Positions 44,737 through 54,192 of a stretch of 64,000 nucleotides of DNA are shown piece after piece. A model generated the notes under the pieces. The model did not search any database, was not told the origin of the DNA, and saw nothing but the letters and a program-made list of their open reading frames with translations. The stretch is taken from assembly GCA_963752595.1 (NCBI GenBank), contig CAVVYZ010000017.1, positions 213,432 to 277,431 of the forward strand. The letters run 5' to 3'. Within the stretch, counting starts at the first letter, position 1, and each line of letters starts with the position of its first letter. Source of the stretch: an uncultured delta proteobacterium. GTDB lineage: Bacteria > Desulfobacterota > Desulfomonilia > UBA1062. The translations under genes were made by a program, and so were the position numbers.

Positions 44737-45527
44737 GACCGAAACATTCCCTGGGGCAGAACTTCCTTAAGAGTCCGGGCATTATCGACAAGATCATCCG
44801 ATTTTCCGAAGTGAACAGCACCGATACGGTTCTGGAGATCGGCCCCGGTACCGGGGTTCTCACTGCACGGCTCCTGGATCTCGCAGCAGAGGTGGTCGCC
44901 GTGGAAAAGGACGATGCCCTTATCATTGATCTGCAGGAGAAATTCAAGAATTACTCCGGCCTCATGCTCCTGCATGGCGATATCCTTGAATTCGATCTGA
45001 ATGAGATTGTAAGGGAAGGCATGAAGGTCGTTGCAAACCTGCCGTACAATATCGCTACGAATGTGATCCTTCGCCTTGCAGATATCCCGGAAAAGCTGAA
45101 AGCAGTGGTTGTTATGGTGCAGAAAGAGGTCGCACTCAGGGTCTGTTCCCATGCAGGGCAGAAGGACTACTCGGCGCTGAGCGTCATTCTCTCCTCCGTT
45201 TTCAATTATGTGCCGGGGTTTGTTGTCGGGCCCAAGAATTTCTATCCCGTGCCTAAAGTAGACTCGATGGTAATAAAGCTCGTCCCGAAAGTAACCCCCC
45301 TTCCGAGGGATGACCGGGGCGGTTACAAAAAGGTAGTTTTCTGTGCATTCGGCCAGAGAAGGAAGATGCTCAAGAATTCTCTGATGAACCTCCCCGGCGT
45401 TACGAAGGATCTGCTGACGGAGATTGGCCTTATCTCCGGGATCAGCCTTGAGAAGAGACCCCAGGAGCTCTCCTGGGAAGAGTTCTATACGCTCAGCCGC
45501 ACCTATCACCGGCTTACGATGACCTGA
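44733..45527 (+). CDS. rsmA: 16S rRNA (adenine1518/1519-N6)-dimethyltransferase
   Basis: It has MRPKHSLGQNFL, EIGPGTGVLT and NLPYNI motifs. The ATG overlaps the tsaD TGA. The ORF-track start at 44721 is also possible. Confidence 0.9.
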   Translation: MRPKHSLGQNFLKSPGIIDKIIRFSEVNSTDTVLEIGPGTGVLTARLLDLAAEVVAVEKDDALIIDLQEKFKNYSGLMLLHGDILEFDLNEIVREGMKVVANLPYNIATNVILRLADIPEKLKAVVVMVQKEVALRVCSHAGQKDYSALSVILSSVFNYVPGFVVGPKNFYPVPKVDSMVIKLVPKVTPLPRDDRGGYKKVVFCAFGQRRKMLKNSLMNLPGVTKDLLTEIGLISGISLEKRPQELSWEEFYTLSRTYHRLTMT

Positions 45528-45548
45528 TGCTGCCTTCTACAGGCCTCT

Positions 45549-45609
45549 GATTACAATCGAGATTACAAACCATCGTAACCGAAATTACAAACCGGTAACC
45601 AGTGTAACC
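45549..45609 (+). repeat. Tandem ATTACAA / GTAACC repeat cluster (candidate enhancer-binding sites)
   Basis: GATTACAA occurs at 45549 and 45561, and AATTACAA at 45583. GTAACC occurs at 45575, 45595 and 45604. Two composite units, ATTACAAACC(atc/g)GTAACC, start 22 nt apart. The cluster lies about 90-150 nt upstream of the sigma-54 promoter. Confidence 0.35.
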
Positions 45610-45694
45610 GTCACAAAGCAGACAACAGTACTTATACAACGGTCAACTTATTGATAATAGATCATAAATAAAAAACAAGAGACAGTCACAAATT

Positions 45695-45709
45695 TGGCAT
45701 CCGCATTGC
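45695..45709 (+). promoter_or_regulatory. Sigma-54 promoter upstream of the subtilisin-like protease
   Basis: TGGCAT-ccgca-TTGC has the correct GG-N10-GC spacing. It lies about 40 nt upstream of ATG 45749. An AT-rich tract with a partial IHF-like match (TCAActtaTTG, 45643-45653) lies between the repeats and the promoter. Confidence 0.65.
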
Positions 45710-45748
45710 CTTATACATCCCGGATCGATTAGATCCGGGGGGTATTAG

Positions 45749-47119
45749 ATGAAAGACGCAACGAGAACCATCATCGGAATTCTGGTTGGAGCAAGTTTAA
45801 GTTTCCCTGCCTTTGCCACTGATTTCATCCCGGGAGAGGTCATTGTTAAATTCAAGGCACCTATCCCTCGGTCTCACTCCGTAATGGTGGCCGAGGAAGC
45901 CCGTGCGATCACCGTAGCGGTTGAAGACACCGAAGCGGCTGTTTCCGAGCTGAAAGACCGGGAAGACGTTGAATACGTTGAGCCGAATTACGTGATCGAA
46001 GCGGAATCCGTCCCGGATGACTGGCCTTATGCCGAGACCCTCTGGGGCGATGTCGAGCTTCCCGGAGCCTGGGATCTCCTTTCAGCGGCCACGCCCGGTC
46101 AAAAAGTTACGATCGCAGTGATCGATTCCGGGGTCAGATTGGATCATCCCGACCTTCAGAGCATTCTTATCAATGGATACGATTTTGCAAACAATGATCC
46201 TACGCCCGAAGACGATGCCGGACACGGGACGAGGGTATGCGGGATCATCGGCGCGCTCGGGGAATAACGGGGCAGGGATTGCCGGCGTCATTTGGAACAT
46301 CGATGCGGAAATCATGCCGGTAAAGTTCATGAAGAACAATGACGGCAAGACCACCGGGAGCCTCTCCGATGCAGTAAATGCAATCTACTATGCCGTGGAC
46401 CACGGGGCCGACGTCATCAATGCGAGCTGGGGATTTTACTTCCTATTCCCGCTCCCTCGAAGATGCCATACGGTATGCGAGTGATCAACGGTGTCCTGTT
46501 CATCGCTTCAGCAGGAAACACGGGACAGGACAATGACGCAGAGCTGGGCACTATCCTTCCAACTATACCCTGGATAACATCATCGCTGTGGCTGCAATGA
46601 GCAGCGCCGGAGAACTGGCCAGCTTTTCCAATTACGGACTGAACAGCGTGGATATCGCTGCTCCGGGTGTCGGATTAAGCTCGACGGATAATAACGGCGG
46701 ATACGTTTCGTGGACATCCGGCACCTCATTTGCCACGCCGTTCGTTACTGCCATAGCGGCCATGATGAGATCCCAGTCTCCGGATATGAGCTGTACGGAA
46801 GTGCGAAATATCCTCATCAGCACGGTAACGAAAGAAGGCGGACACAAGTTTGACGCTCTCGCAAGCGGTGGATGCGTGAATGCATACCAAGCGCTTCTGG
46901 CAGAGCGAGGCTCGATGATCTCATCGAAAGAATCCGACCCATCGGATCAGCAAACTGAAACGACAACTCAGCCTGCATCAAGCGGAGAAGGCGGAGGCGG
47001 TGGAGGCGGAGGCCTGATCGATAGATTCCAGCCGGAACAGCGGCAGCGCACCTGGCCTCCTCGTGTTCATGATCCTTGCGGTTGCGTTCCGGATGCTCAG
47101 TTTCCGGCATCTGGGATAG
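45749..47119 (+). pseudogene. Subtilisin-like (S8) serine protease with signal peptide and propeptide; frameshifted
   Basis: It has a signal peptide and an I9-like propeptide (GEVIVKFK). The Asp motif is AVIDSGV, the His motif is HGTRVCG and the Ser motif is GTSFATPFV. The fragments are 45749..46267, 46173..46484 and 46588..47175. The 3' end is ambiguous: 47119 in a shifted frame, 47175 in the ORF-track frame. Confidence 0.75.
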
Positions 47120-47131
47120 CCTATACCACCG

Positions 47132-47171
47132 CCCCCCTTGCAAAAGGGGGGCTACCCCCCCCTTTTATTTT
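47132..47171. terminator. Hairpin/terminator region built from C6, G6 and C8 homopolymer runs, between convergent genes
   Basis: CCCCCCTT-GCAA-AAGGGGGG (47132-47151) can form, or alternatively AAAAGGGGGG-CTA-CCCCCCCCTTTT followed by ATTTT (47142-47171). The region lies between the protease (+) and the thiolase (-). Confidence 0.5.
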
Positions 47172-47186
47172 CTAACTCTCTTTCGT

Positions 47187-48477
47187 TTATATCGCCTCTA
47201 TTGACATGGCCATACCCATGCCGCCGCCGATGCAGAGGCGTTGCAAGGCCTAAGCTTACTCCGCGCCGTTTCATTTCGTTGGCAAGTGCAATGATGAGCC
47301 GTGCACCGGTGCAGCCGATGGGGTGGCCGATGGAGATGCCTGAGCCGTTCACATTCGTGATGCTTCATCTATGCCGAGTTCTCTCATGCAGGCAATGGCC
47401 TGAGAAGCGAAGGCCTCGTTGACCTCGAAGAGGCCGTAGTCCTTGATCGATGTCCCGGTGATCCTCAGGAGCTTCCTGACGGCGGGAATCGGACCGAGTC
47501 CCATGTATGCAGGGTCCACTCCGCCGGATGCATATCCCTTGATCCGTGCAATGGGTTTGAGCCCGTACTCTTTGGCCTTTTCTTCACTCATGACGAGCAG
47601 TGCTGCTGCAGCGTCATTGATGCCCGAAGCATTGCCCGCGGTTACGGTCCCGTCTTTCTTGAAGGCAGTGGCAAGCTTTCCCATCTTTTCCAGGGTGGTG
47701 TCCATGGGCCGCTCGTCGGTATCGAAGATGATCGGGTCGCCCTTTTTCTGGGGGATGACAACCGGTACGATCTCATCTTTGAGAATCCCGGACTTGATGG
47801 CGGCACGAGCCCGTATATGCGATTCTACGCCGAGCTTGTCCTGGTCGTGCCTGTGATACCGTATTTTTCCGCAATGTTTTCCGCAGTGATGCCCATATGG
47901 TACCCGTAGAAGATCTCACACAGGCCGTCAAATACCATAAGATCAGACCGTCTGCCCGTAGGGCATGTCCATGCGGTATCCCCAGCGGCCTTGGGTAGAG
48001 AGATGGGAACTTCGCTCATGTTTTCCATGCCGCCTGCCATGACCACCTCGTTGTCGCCGGCCTTGATGGTGGCGGCGGCCAAAGCGATGGCCTTCATTCC
48101 CGAGGCGCATACCTTGTTGATGGAGATGGCGGGTGTCTCCTTGGGATACCTGCCCGGATCATGGCCTGCCTGCCGGGGTTCTGGCCCTGTCCTGCCTGGA
48201 GGACATTCCCCATGATGACCTCGTCGATCGATATGGGCTGGTTTGTCTCGCGGCCAATTGGAGAATTTTTGCTCAACCGGAGACAGATCCGGCGTTCTTG
48301 AGGAGATCAGGGGCATCTTCCCTGCTGCATGGCGAGGCATCCGGCTTCAGCCCTTCCGAAAGGAGAGTTTCACGCATCACGAGAGCGCCCAGCTCTTTTG
48401 CCGGGATATCTTTCAGAGATCCGCCAAAGGATCCCACAGCTGTCCTCACTACCGTCAACGATTACCACGTTCCCCAT
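47187..48477 (-). pseudogene. Acetyl-CoA C-acetyltransferase (thiolase); multiple frameshifts
   Basis: The start is ATG 48477, after AGGAGG. AVGSFGGSLKDIPAKELGA, the active-site [34 protein letters not shown] and CIGGGMG (shifted frame, stop at 47187) are spread over at least five frame segments. Confidence 0.85.
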
Positions 48478-48635
48478 ATTGCCTCCTTATTCCTTGATTT
48501 CATTTCGTTTATCGATATTTCCTCACTATTTCATAAGAGGTGAATCATTGGCAAGAATGGATTCGCCAGTGCGGATAAGCTCATCCGGGCTCCTTGATAA
48601 AAAATGGCCTGGGTGTAAGTTCGCATCATGGACAT

Positions 48636-49512
48636 ATGACTATGAAACTCATTCCTGAGGCGGTACTCGATGGAGCTGCTGGACCAGAAGGGGCTTTCCA
48701 GGGAGACGTACAGGGCGTATCTCAATGACATCAAGCATATGGTGGTTTTTCTGAGGGAGCGCGGGAAGACATTCCCGACCGGCTCACGTCCGGTCCTATA
48801 TGCTCAAGCTCCATACCCCGTATACCCGTACCACCATCAACCGCAAGCTGAGCGCCATCAAGGGTTTCTTCGACTTTGTCATGAGGCAGCGGCACCTCGC
48901 GATGAACCCGTTCGGCCATGTACGGTCGCTGAAGAACCGGGAGACCCTCCCGTGTTCCTGAGCCATGACGAGATATTCGACCTCATCGAGGCGGTCACCG
49001 ATCTCGAGGGACAGGGCGATCCTGGAGCTCCTCTACTCCACCGGTATCCGGGTGGGAGAGGCCGAGGCGATGCAGTGCGCCGATGTGGATATGGCCTCCG
49101 GGTTTATCCGGGTGACGGGCAAGGGGAACAAACAGAGAACGGTGCCGGTGGGGAGACGGGCCTTGGCTGCCATTACGGGCTATCTGAAGAGCAGGGGCAT
49201 ACAGGATCCCATCTACTGCAGCGAGCCCCTCTTCCTGAACAGCAGGGGGAAGATGATGAGATCCCGGAGCATCCGGAGGGTCGTGTACCAGTGGTCTCTG
49301 GCAGCGCTGCGGTTGCGCAAACAGGTGAGCCCCCATGTGATCAGGCACACCTTTGCGAGCCATATGCTCGATGCCGGGAGCCGATCTTCAGGTCCATCCA
49401 GGAGATGCTCGGCCATGCGAGCCTCTCCACGACCCAGCAGTATACCCACTTGACCGTAGACAAACTCATGGATGTATATGATAAGGCTCATCCGAGGGCA
49501 AAGGAGGGATGA
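48636..49512 (+). pseudogene. xerC: Tyrosine recombinase XerC/XerD family; several partly compensating frameshifts
   Basis: The SAM-like N-terminal domain reads [44 protein letters not shown] and [15 protein letters not shown] lie in the frame of 48965..49453. [15 protein letters not shown] lies in the frame of 48670..49512. Confidence 0.8.
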
Positions 49513-50049
49513 ATGGAAATCAGGGGAACGACCATACTCTGCGTCAGGAGGGGCGCGACACGTGGTGCTTGCCGGCGACGGCCAGGTCACCATGAGCAAT
49601 GTCGTCCTCAAGGCGAATGCCCGCAAGGTGAGAAAAATCCATGAAGACAAGGTCCTGGCCGGATTCGCCGGATCGACATCCGATGCGTTCACCCTTTTCG
49701 AACGTTTCGAGGACAAAGCTCAAGGAGTACCGCGGCAACCTCACCAGGGCAGCCGTGGAGATGGGCAAGGACTGGAGGACCGACCGGGTGCTCAGGAGGC
49801 TCGAAGCCCTCATGATCGTCGCGGACTACCGCAAGACCTTTCTCCTCTCCGGTACCGGCGATGTGGTCGAGCCGGATGACAATATCTGCGGCATTGGTTC
49901 GGGAGGCCAGTATGCCGTGGCTGCGGCCATGGCCCTTCTCAAGAATACGGATCTGTCTGCCAGGGAAATCGCAGAAAAGGCCATGGATATCGCTTCTGAT
50001 ATCTGTATATATACCAATAAAAACCGTAATATTCGAGGAACTGTCATGA
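49513..50049 (+). pseudogene. hslV: ATP-dependent protease subunit HslV; frameshifted
   Basis: [14 protein letters not shown] (ATG 49513), then [26 protein letters not shown], then [14 protein letters not shown]...[11 protein letters not shown] lie in three frames. The likely end, VIFEELS-stop, is at 50049. Confidence 0.85.
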
Positions 50050-51356
50050 GCACCTTACCCCAAAGGAAATCGTGACCGAGCTGGATAAATATATCGTCGG
50101 CCAGGACAAGGCAAAGCGGGCCGTTGCCATCTCGCTGCGCAACCGCTGGCGCCGTCAGATGGTATCCCCGGAAATTCGGGAAGATATCTATCCGAAAAAT
50201 ATCATCCTCATCGGCCCTACCGGGGTGGGAAAAACCGAAATCGCACGGCGGCTCGCCAAGCTTGCCGGTGCGCCCTTCATCAAGGTGGAGGCCTCCAAGT
50301 TCACCGAGGTGGGATATGTGGGCAGGGATGTGGAGTCCATCATCCGTGACCTCATGAGGATCGGTATCCAGATGGTTCAGACGGAGGAGAGCGAGAAGGT
50401 AAAGGACAAGGCGCAGGAGATGGCCAAGGAGCGCGTCCTCGACTATCTCCTCCCTGTCAGAAAGAGATGGCCAGGTCCATGCAGAGAGCAGGGAGAAGAT
50501 GAGAACATGTTGAAAGAAGGCCTGCTCGATGAGCGGATGATCGAGGTGGAAGCCCGGGAGACCGCAATGCCCATCGATCGAGATTTTTTCCGGGCAGGGG
50601 CTCGAGGAGATGGGCATTGATTTCAAGGAGATGTTCTCCAACTTCATGCCCAAGAAGACCCGGCGCAGAAAGATGACGGTCAAGGAAGCGCTCGAATTTC
50701 ATCGCATCCAAAGAGATATCCCGGCCTGATCGACATGGATAAGGTCTCCGAAGAAGCGAGGCAGCGGGTGGAGAACAACGGCATCGTCTTCGTGGACGAG
50801 CTGGACAAGGTGGCCGGAAGGGAATCGGGCCACGGCCCCGATGTGTCGCGGGAAGGGGTGCAGCGGGATCTTCTGCCCATTGTGGAGGGACTACGGTGAA
50901 CACGAAGTTCGGGCCTGTGAGGACGGATCACATCCTCTTCATCGGGTCGGGCGCATTCCATGTGAGCAAGCCGTCCGATCTCATCCCGGAGCTGCAGGGC
51001 AGGTTTCCCATCAGGGAAGAGCTCAACCCCCTGACCCAGCAGGATTTCGTCAGGATCCTACGGAACCGAAGAATGCCCTGATCAAGCAGTACCAGGCCCT
51101 GCTCGCTACCGAGGGGATCGACCTTCAGATACTCGATGATGCGGTTTCAGAGATCGCCCGCATCTCCCAGTACATCAATGACCATACGGAGAACATCGGG
51201 GCCAGGAGGCTCCATACGGTCCTGGAAAAACTCCTTGAGGACATCTCTTTCGAAGCTGCCGAAGCTGCCGGGAAGATCAGCATTGACGCGCAGTACGTTG
51301 CGAAAAGGCTCGATCCCATCATGCAGAAAGAGGACTTGAGCAGGTATATTCTCTGA
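50046..51356 (+). pseudogene. hslU: ATP-dependent protease ATPase subunit HslU; multiple frameshifts
   Basis: The ATG overlaps the hslV stop. [25 protein letters not shown], Walker [51 protein letters not shown] and the C-terminal EDLSRYIL lie in different frames. Confidence 0.85.
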
Positions 51357-51531
51357 TCATCAGGGCATATCGTTGCCTTGGAACATCGGCAAAGAGCGGC
51401 TTCGCCGCGGGAAAGACATCGTACGCAGATGAATCGCAGCAAAGGGCAACTCTGTGCTTTTCCCGTATCGTCTCGAATGCAATTCCTTTGGCTTGCAAAG
51501 CTGTGGTAAGATGCGCCAAAATGGAGGAGAT

Positions 51532-52503
51532 ATGATCCCTAAAGGAAGATTTGTTACTGATCTCCATGACGGAGAAGGAGTTAGGGCTGTTTTCATGGTT
51601 TCCGAGCGCAGGATCCTCGTTGCGAGGAACGGAAAGCCGTACGCCAAGATGCTGCTCACCGACAAGTCCGGTGATGTCCTCGGCATTGTCTGGGAAGACG
51701 CCCGGCAGCAGGTTAGTCCCATTGCCCCTGGAGATGTGGTGGGCATCCGGGGAAATGTGGAGTCCTATGAGGGAAGGGTTCAGATACGGATAGAGAAGAT
51801 CGTAAAACTCAAGGAAGACGAGGTGGATATGGCTGCCCTTGTCCCCACGACGGGCAAGGATATCCCTGCCATGATAAAAGAGGTTGATGAGCATCTTGCC
51901 GAGATCCGGAATGCATACCTCAAAACCCTTGTAGAGAAGATATTTGCGAGTGACGGAATAAGAGACGCATTCCAGAAGGCCCCTGCAGCCAAGGGAATAC
52001 ATCATAATTACATCGGCGGACTTTTGGAGCACACCCTCTATATCATGAGGACAGTGAATGCTCTCTACCCGATCTATGCGCACCTTGGGCTGAACAAAGA
52101 CCTGCTCACTACCGGCGCCCTCCTGCATGACATAGGGAAGATCTACGAATATTCGTTCAGCAGGATCATCGAGATGACCCCCATGGGCAGGCTCGTAGGT
52201 CACATCTACCTCTCGACGCACATTGTCGACCAGGCCATTTCAAAGATCGAAGGTTTCCCCGATGAACTCAGGCTCCAGCTCCTCCACATCCTGCTGGGAC
52301 ATCACGGCCAGCTGGAATACGGCTCGCCGAAGCTCCCCATGACCAAAGAAGCCATGCTGCTGCATATGCTCGACGATCTCGATGCAAAGCTCATCGGCTT
52401 TTCCTCGATCATCGGGGCTACTCCTGATGAAGAGGAGTTCACCGCCTACTCCGACACATACAGCAGGTACCTCTATACAAGGGTATATGATGAGAATTCG
52501 TAG
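51532..52503 (+). CDS. YhaM-like 3'-5' exoribonuclease (OB-fold plus HD domain)
   Basis: ATG 51532 follows GGAGGAG. The OB-fold N-terminus reads YAKMLLTDKSGDVLGIVWED. The HD domain reads GGLLEHTLYIMR...LLHDIGK. Confidence 0.7.
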   Translation: MIPKGRFVTDLHDGEGVRAVFMVSERRILVARNGKPYAKMLLTDKSGDVLGIVWEDARQQVSPIAPGDVVGIRGNVESYEGRVQIRIEKIVKLKEDEVDMAALVPTTGKDIPAMIKEVDEHLAEIRNAYLKTLVEKIFASDGIRDAFQKAPAAKGIHHNYIGGLLEHTLYIMRTVNALYPIYAHLGLNKDLLTTGALLHDIGKIYEYSFSRIIEMTPMGRLVGHIYLSTHIVDQAISKIEGFPDELRLQLLHILLGHHGQLEYGSPKLPMTKEAMLLHMLDDLDAKLIGFSSIIGATPDEEEFTAYSDTYSRYLYTRVYDENS

Positions 52504-52581
52504 ATACCTCTTTCCAAAACAGAGGCCACACCACGCATGAGGTCTGAACGTACGGGAAGAAGCTTTTAAGGAGGCAGTTCT

Positions 52582-53184
52582 ATGGGGAACGGACTGAGCG
52601 AAAAGCATGGTCAAGCCCTGGTGAAGATGGCGAGGAGGACGATCGAGGACAGCCTGGACATCCGGGTGAATAGCGAGGATCCGGCTGACGCGGTTTTGAA
52701 GGATGCTGTTATGCGCGAAAAGCACGGAGTCTTTGTAACATTGACAAAGAGAGGCCAGCTCAGAGGGTGCATCGGTTTTCTCGAAGGACGGGAATCCGTG
52801 GTGGATGCGGTGAGGCACAATGCCATGAATGCTGCATTCAGCGATCCCCGATTTCCTCCCCTGAAGGTGTCCGAACTGAAGGATCTCGATATCGAGGTAA
52901 GCGTCCTTACCGACCCCAAAGTGCTCGAGTATCGCGGTCCTTCCGACCTTCTGGCAAAGCTTAACCCGGGAATCGATGGCGTGATCATCCGCTATGGTCT
53001 TTCCTCTGCAACCTTCCTGCCCCAGGTCTGGGAACAACTGCCCGGCAAGGGGGAATTCTTAAGCCACCTCTGCCTCAAGGCAGGGCTGCCAACGAATGCC
53101 TGGAAGAAGAATTCCTTAGAGGTCCTGACTTACCAGGTCCGGTATTTCGAAGAGCGCAAGGAACACGCCGAAGATATCAGCTGA
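52582..53184 (+). CDS. amrA: AmmeMemoRadiSam system protein A (AMMECR1 domain)
   Basis: 200 aa with HGVFVTLTKRGQLRGCIGF and DPRFPPL motifs. Confidence 0.85.
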   Translation: MGNGLSEKHGQALVKMARRTIEDSLDIRVNSEDPADAVLKDAVMREKHGVFVTLTKRGQLRGCIGFLEGRESVVDAVRHNAMNAAFSDPRFPPLKVSELKDLDIEVSVLTDPKVLEYRGPSDLLAKLNPGIDGVIIRYGLSSATFLPQVWEQLPGKGEFLSHLCLKAGLPTNAWKKNSLEVLTYQVRYFEERKEHAEDIS

Positions 53185-54118
53185 TCGTGAGCCAGCGGTA
53201 CTCCCGTATATGATCCAGAAGCTCGTAAATGATTTCCTGGCTCTCAGTGGAGCAGGCGCGGGAAGAGAATATGCTCCTTAACCGCGGCGTTCTGCTTAAG
53301 GAGATGAGATCGAGCAGAGCACCGCTGCGCACGGTTTTCCCATGAGCTTCGGCTATCTTGATCAGGTGAGAAAACCGGATGGTGAACTCGCTGTGCTTGT
53401 AAAGCTTTATCTCGCGGGGGTATGCATCAAGGGCTAACGCTCTTTTCAGATAGTCCATATCTTCGGGTATAATGGGATCGGACGAGTGTTCGGAGAGAAA
53501 CGCAGGGGTGTTTTTCCTGCAGACGGCCTCGACAAGCTTCAGTGCCCCTATATTCAGGTTGAAAAAATCTTTTTCCGGGATTTCAAGCTTATAGGCCTGT
53601 ATGAAGTGCAAAGCCTCATCCGGTATCTCTGCCGGATCGATATTGGTCATGGTGTTCAGATCCCCAAGGACCTCGTTCATGATAATGAGATCTATACCGT
53701 TTAACGCATCGATGATTTCATGAATATCTGCCTGGATAGGCGTAATTCTGGAAAGCCATGGATAGAGATTCCGGAGCTGCCGTTTCAGGAGCTTTCCCGA
53801 GAGATCGATCATATAGACGCGGCTTATGAAGCCATCATACTCGCTGAGAAGTCCGGACATGAGGCTTCCATATCCGCCGCCTATCTCGCATATGATCGAT
53901 CCGTTTTTCAGGAGCCCGTTCTGAGTCAGGAAGTCTCCGATCATCGCACCGTAGCTTCGCGGGGATTCCAGCATGATTCCATAAGGCGAATCCGTAGTGG
54001 AAAAAGATTCGCAGATGGTAAACTCCTTCATGAGGTCTATGGTTGTCTCTCTGTGGAAATCCCTGGTCGAATTCATCCCAGCCATGGGTGCAGATCTATA
54101 CAGTACTTCCAGGGGCAT
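53177..54118 (-). CDS. Class I SAM-dependent methyltransferase (possibly MidA/DUF185-like)
   Basis: 313 aa. Motif I is ICEIGGGYGSLMSGLL. A later IIMNEVLGDL resembles the MidA-family ANE..DALP segment. Confidence 0.5.
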   Translation of the reverse strand: MPLEVLYRSAPMAGMNSTRDFHRETTIDLMKEFTICESFSTTDSPYGIMLESPRSYGAMIGDFLTQNGLLKNGSIICEIGGGYGSLMSGLLSEYDGFISRVYMIDLSGKLLKRQLRNLYPWLSRITPIQADIHEIIDALNGIDLIIMNEVLGDLNTMTNIDPAEIPDEALHFIQAYKLEIPEKDFFNLNIGALKLVEAVCRKNTPAFLSEHSSDPIIPEDMDYLKRALALDAYPREIKLYKHSEFTIRFSHLIKIAEAHGKTVRSGALLDLISLSRTPRLRSIFSSRACSTESQEIIYELLDHIREYRWLTIS

Positions 54119-54192
54119 GTACAGGATGATCTTGAGTTACTTGCCCCACTTGTTATAAGGTAATCCCATGTAGTGACCATGGAGGTGCAACT

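Noticed and set aside
44295-45509. 404-aa minus-strand ORF antisense to tsaD and rsmA. Similar cases are 41713..42579, 51319..52221, 58316..59260, 36556..37347, 28263..29048 and 25618..26310.
   Set aside because: All are antisense to genes with clear family motifs. None has an SD or any recognisable domain. They are shadow ORFs.
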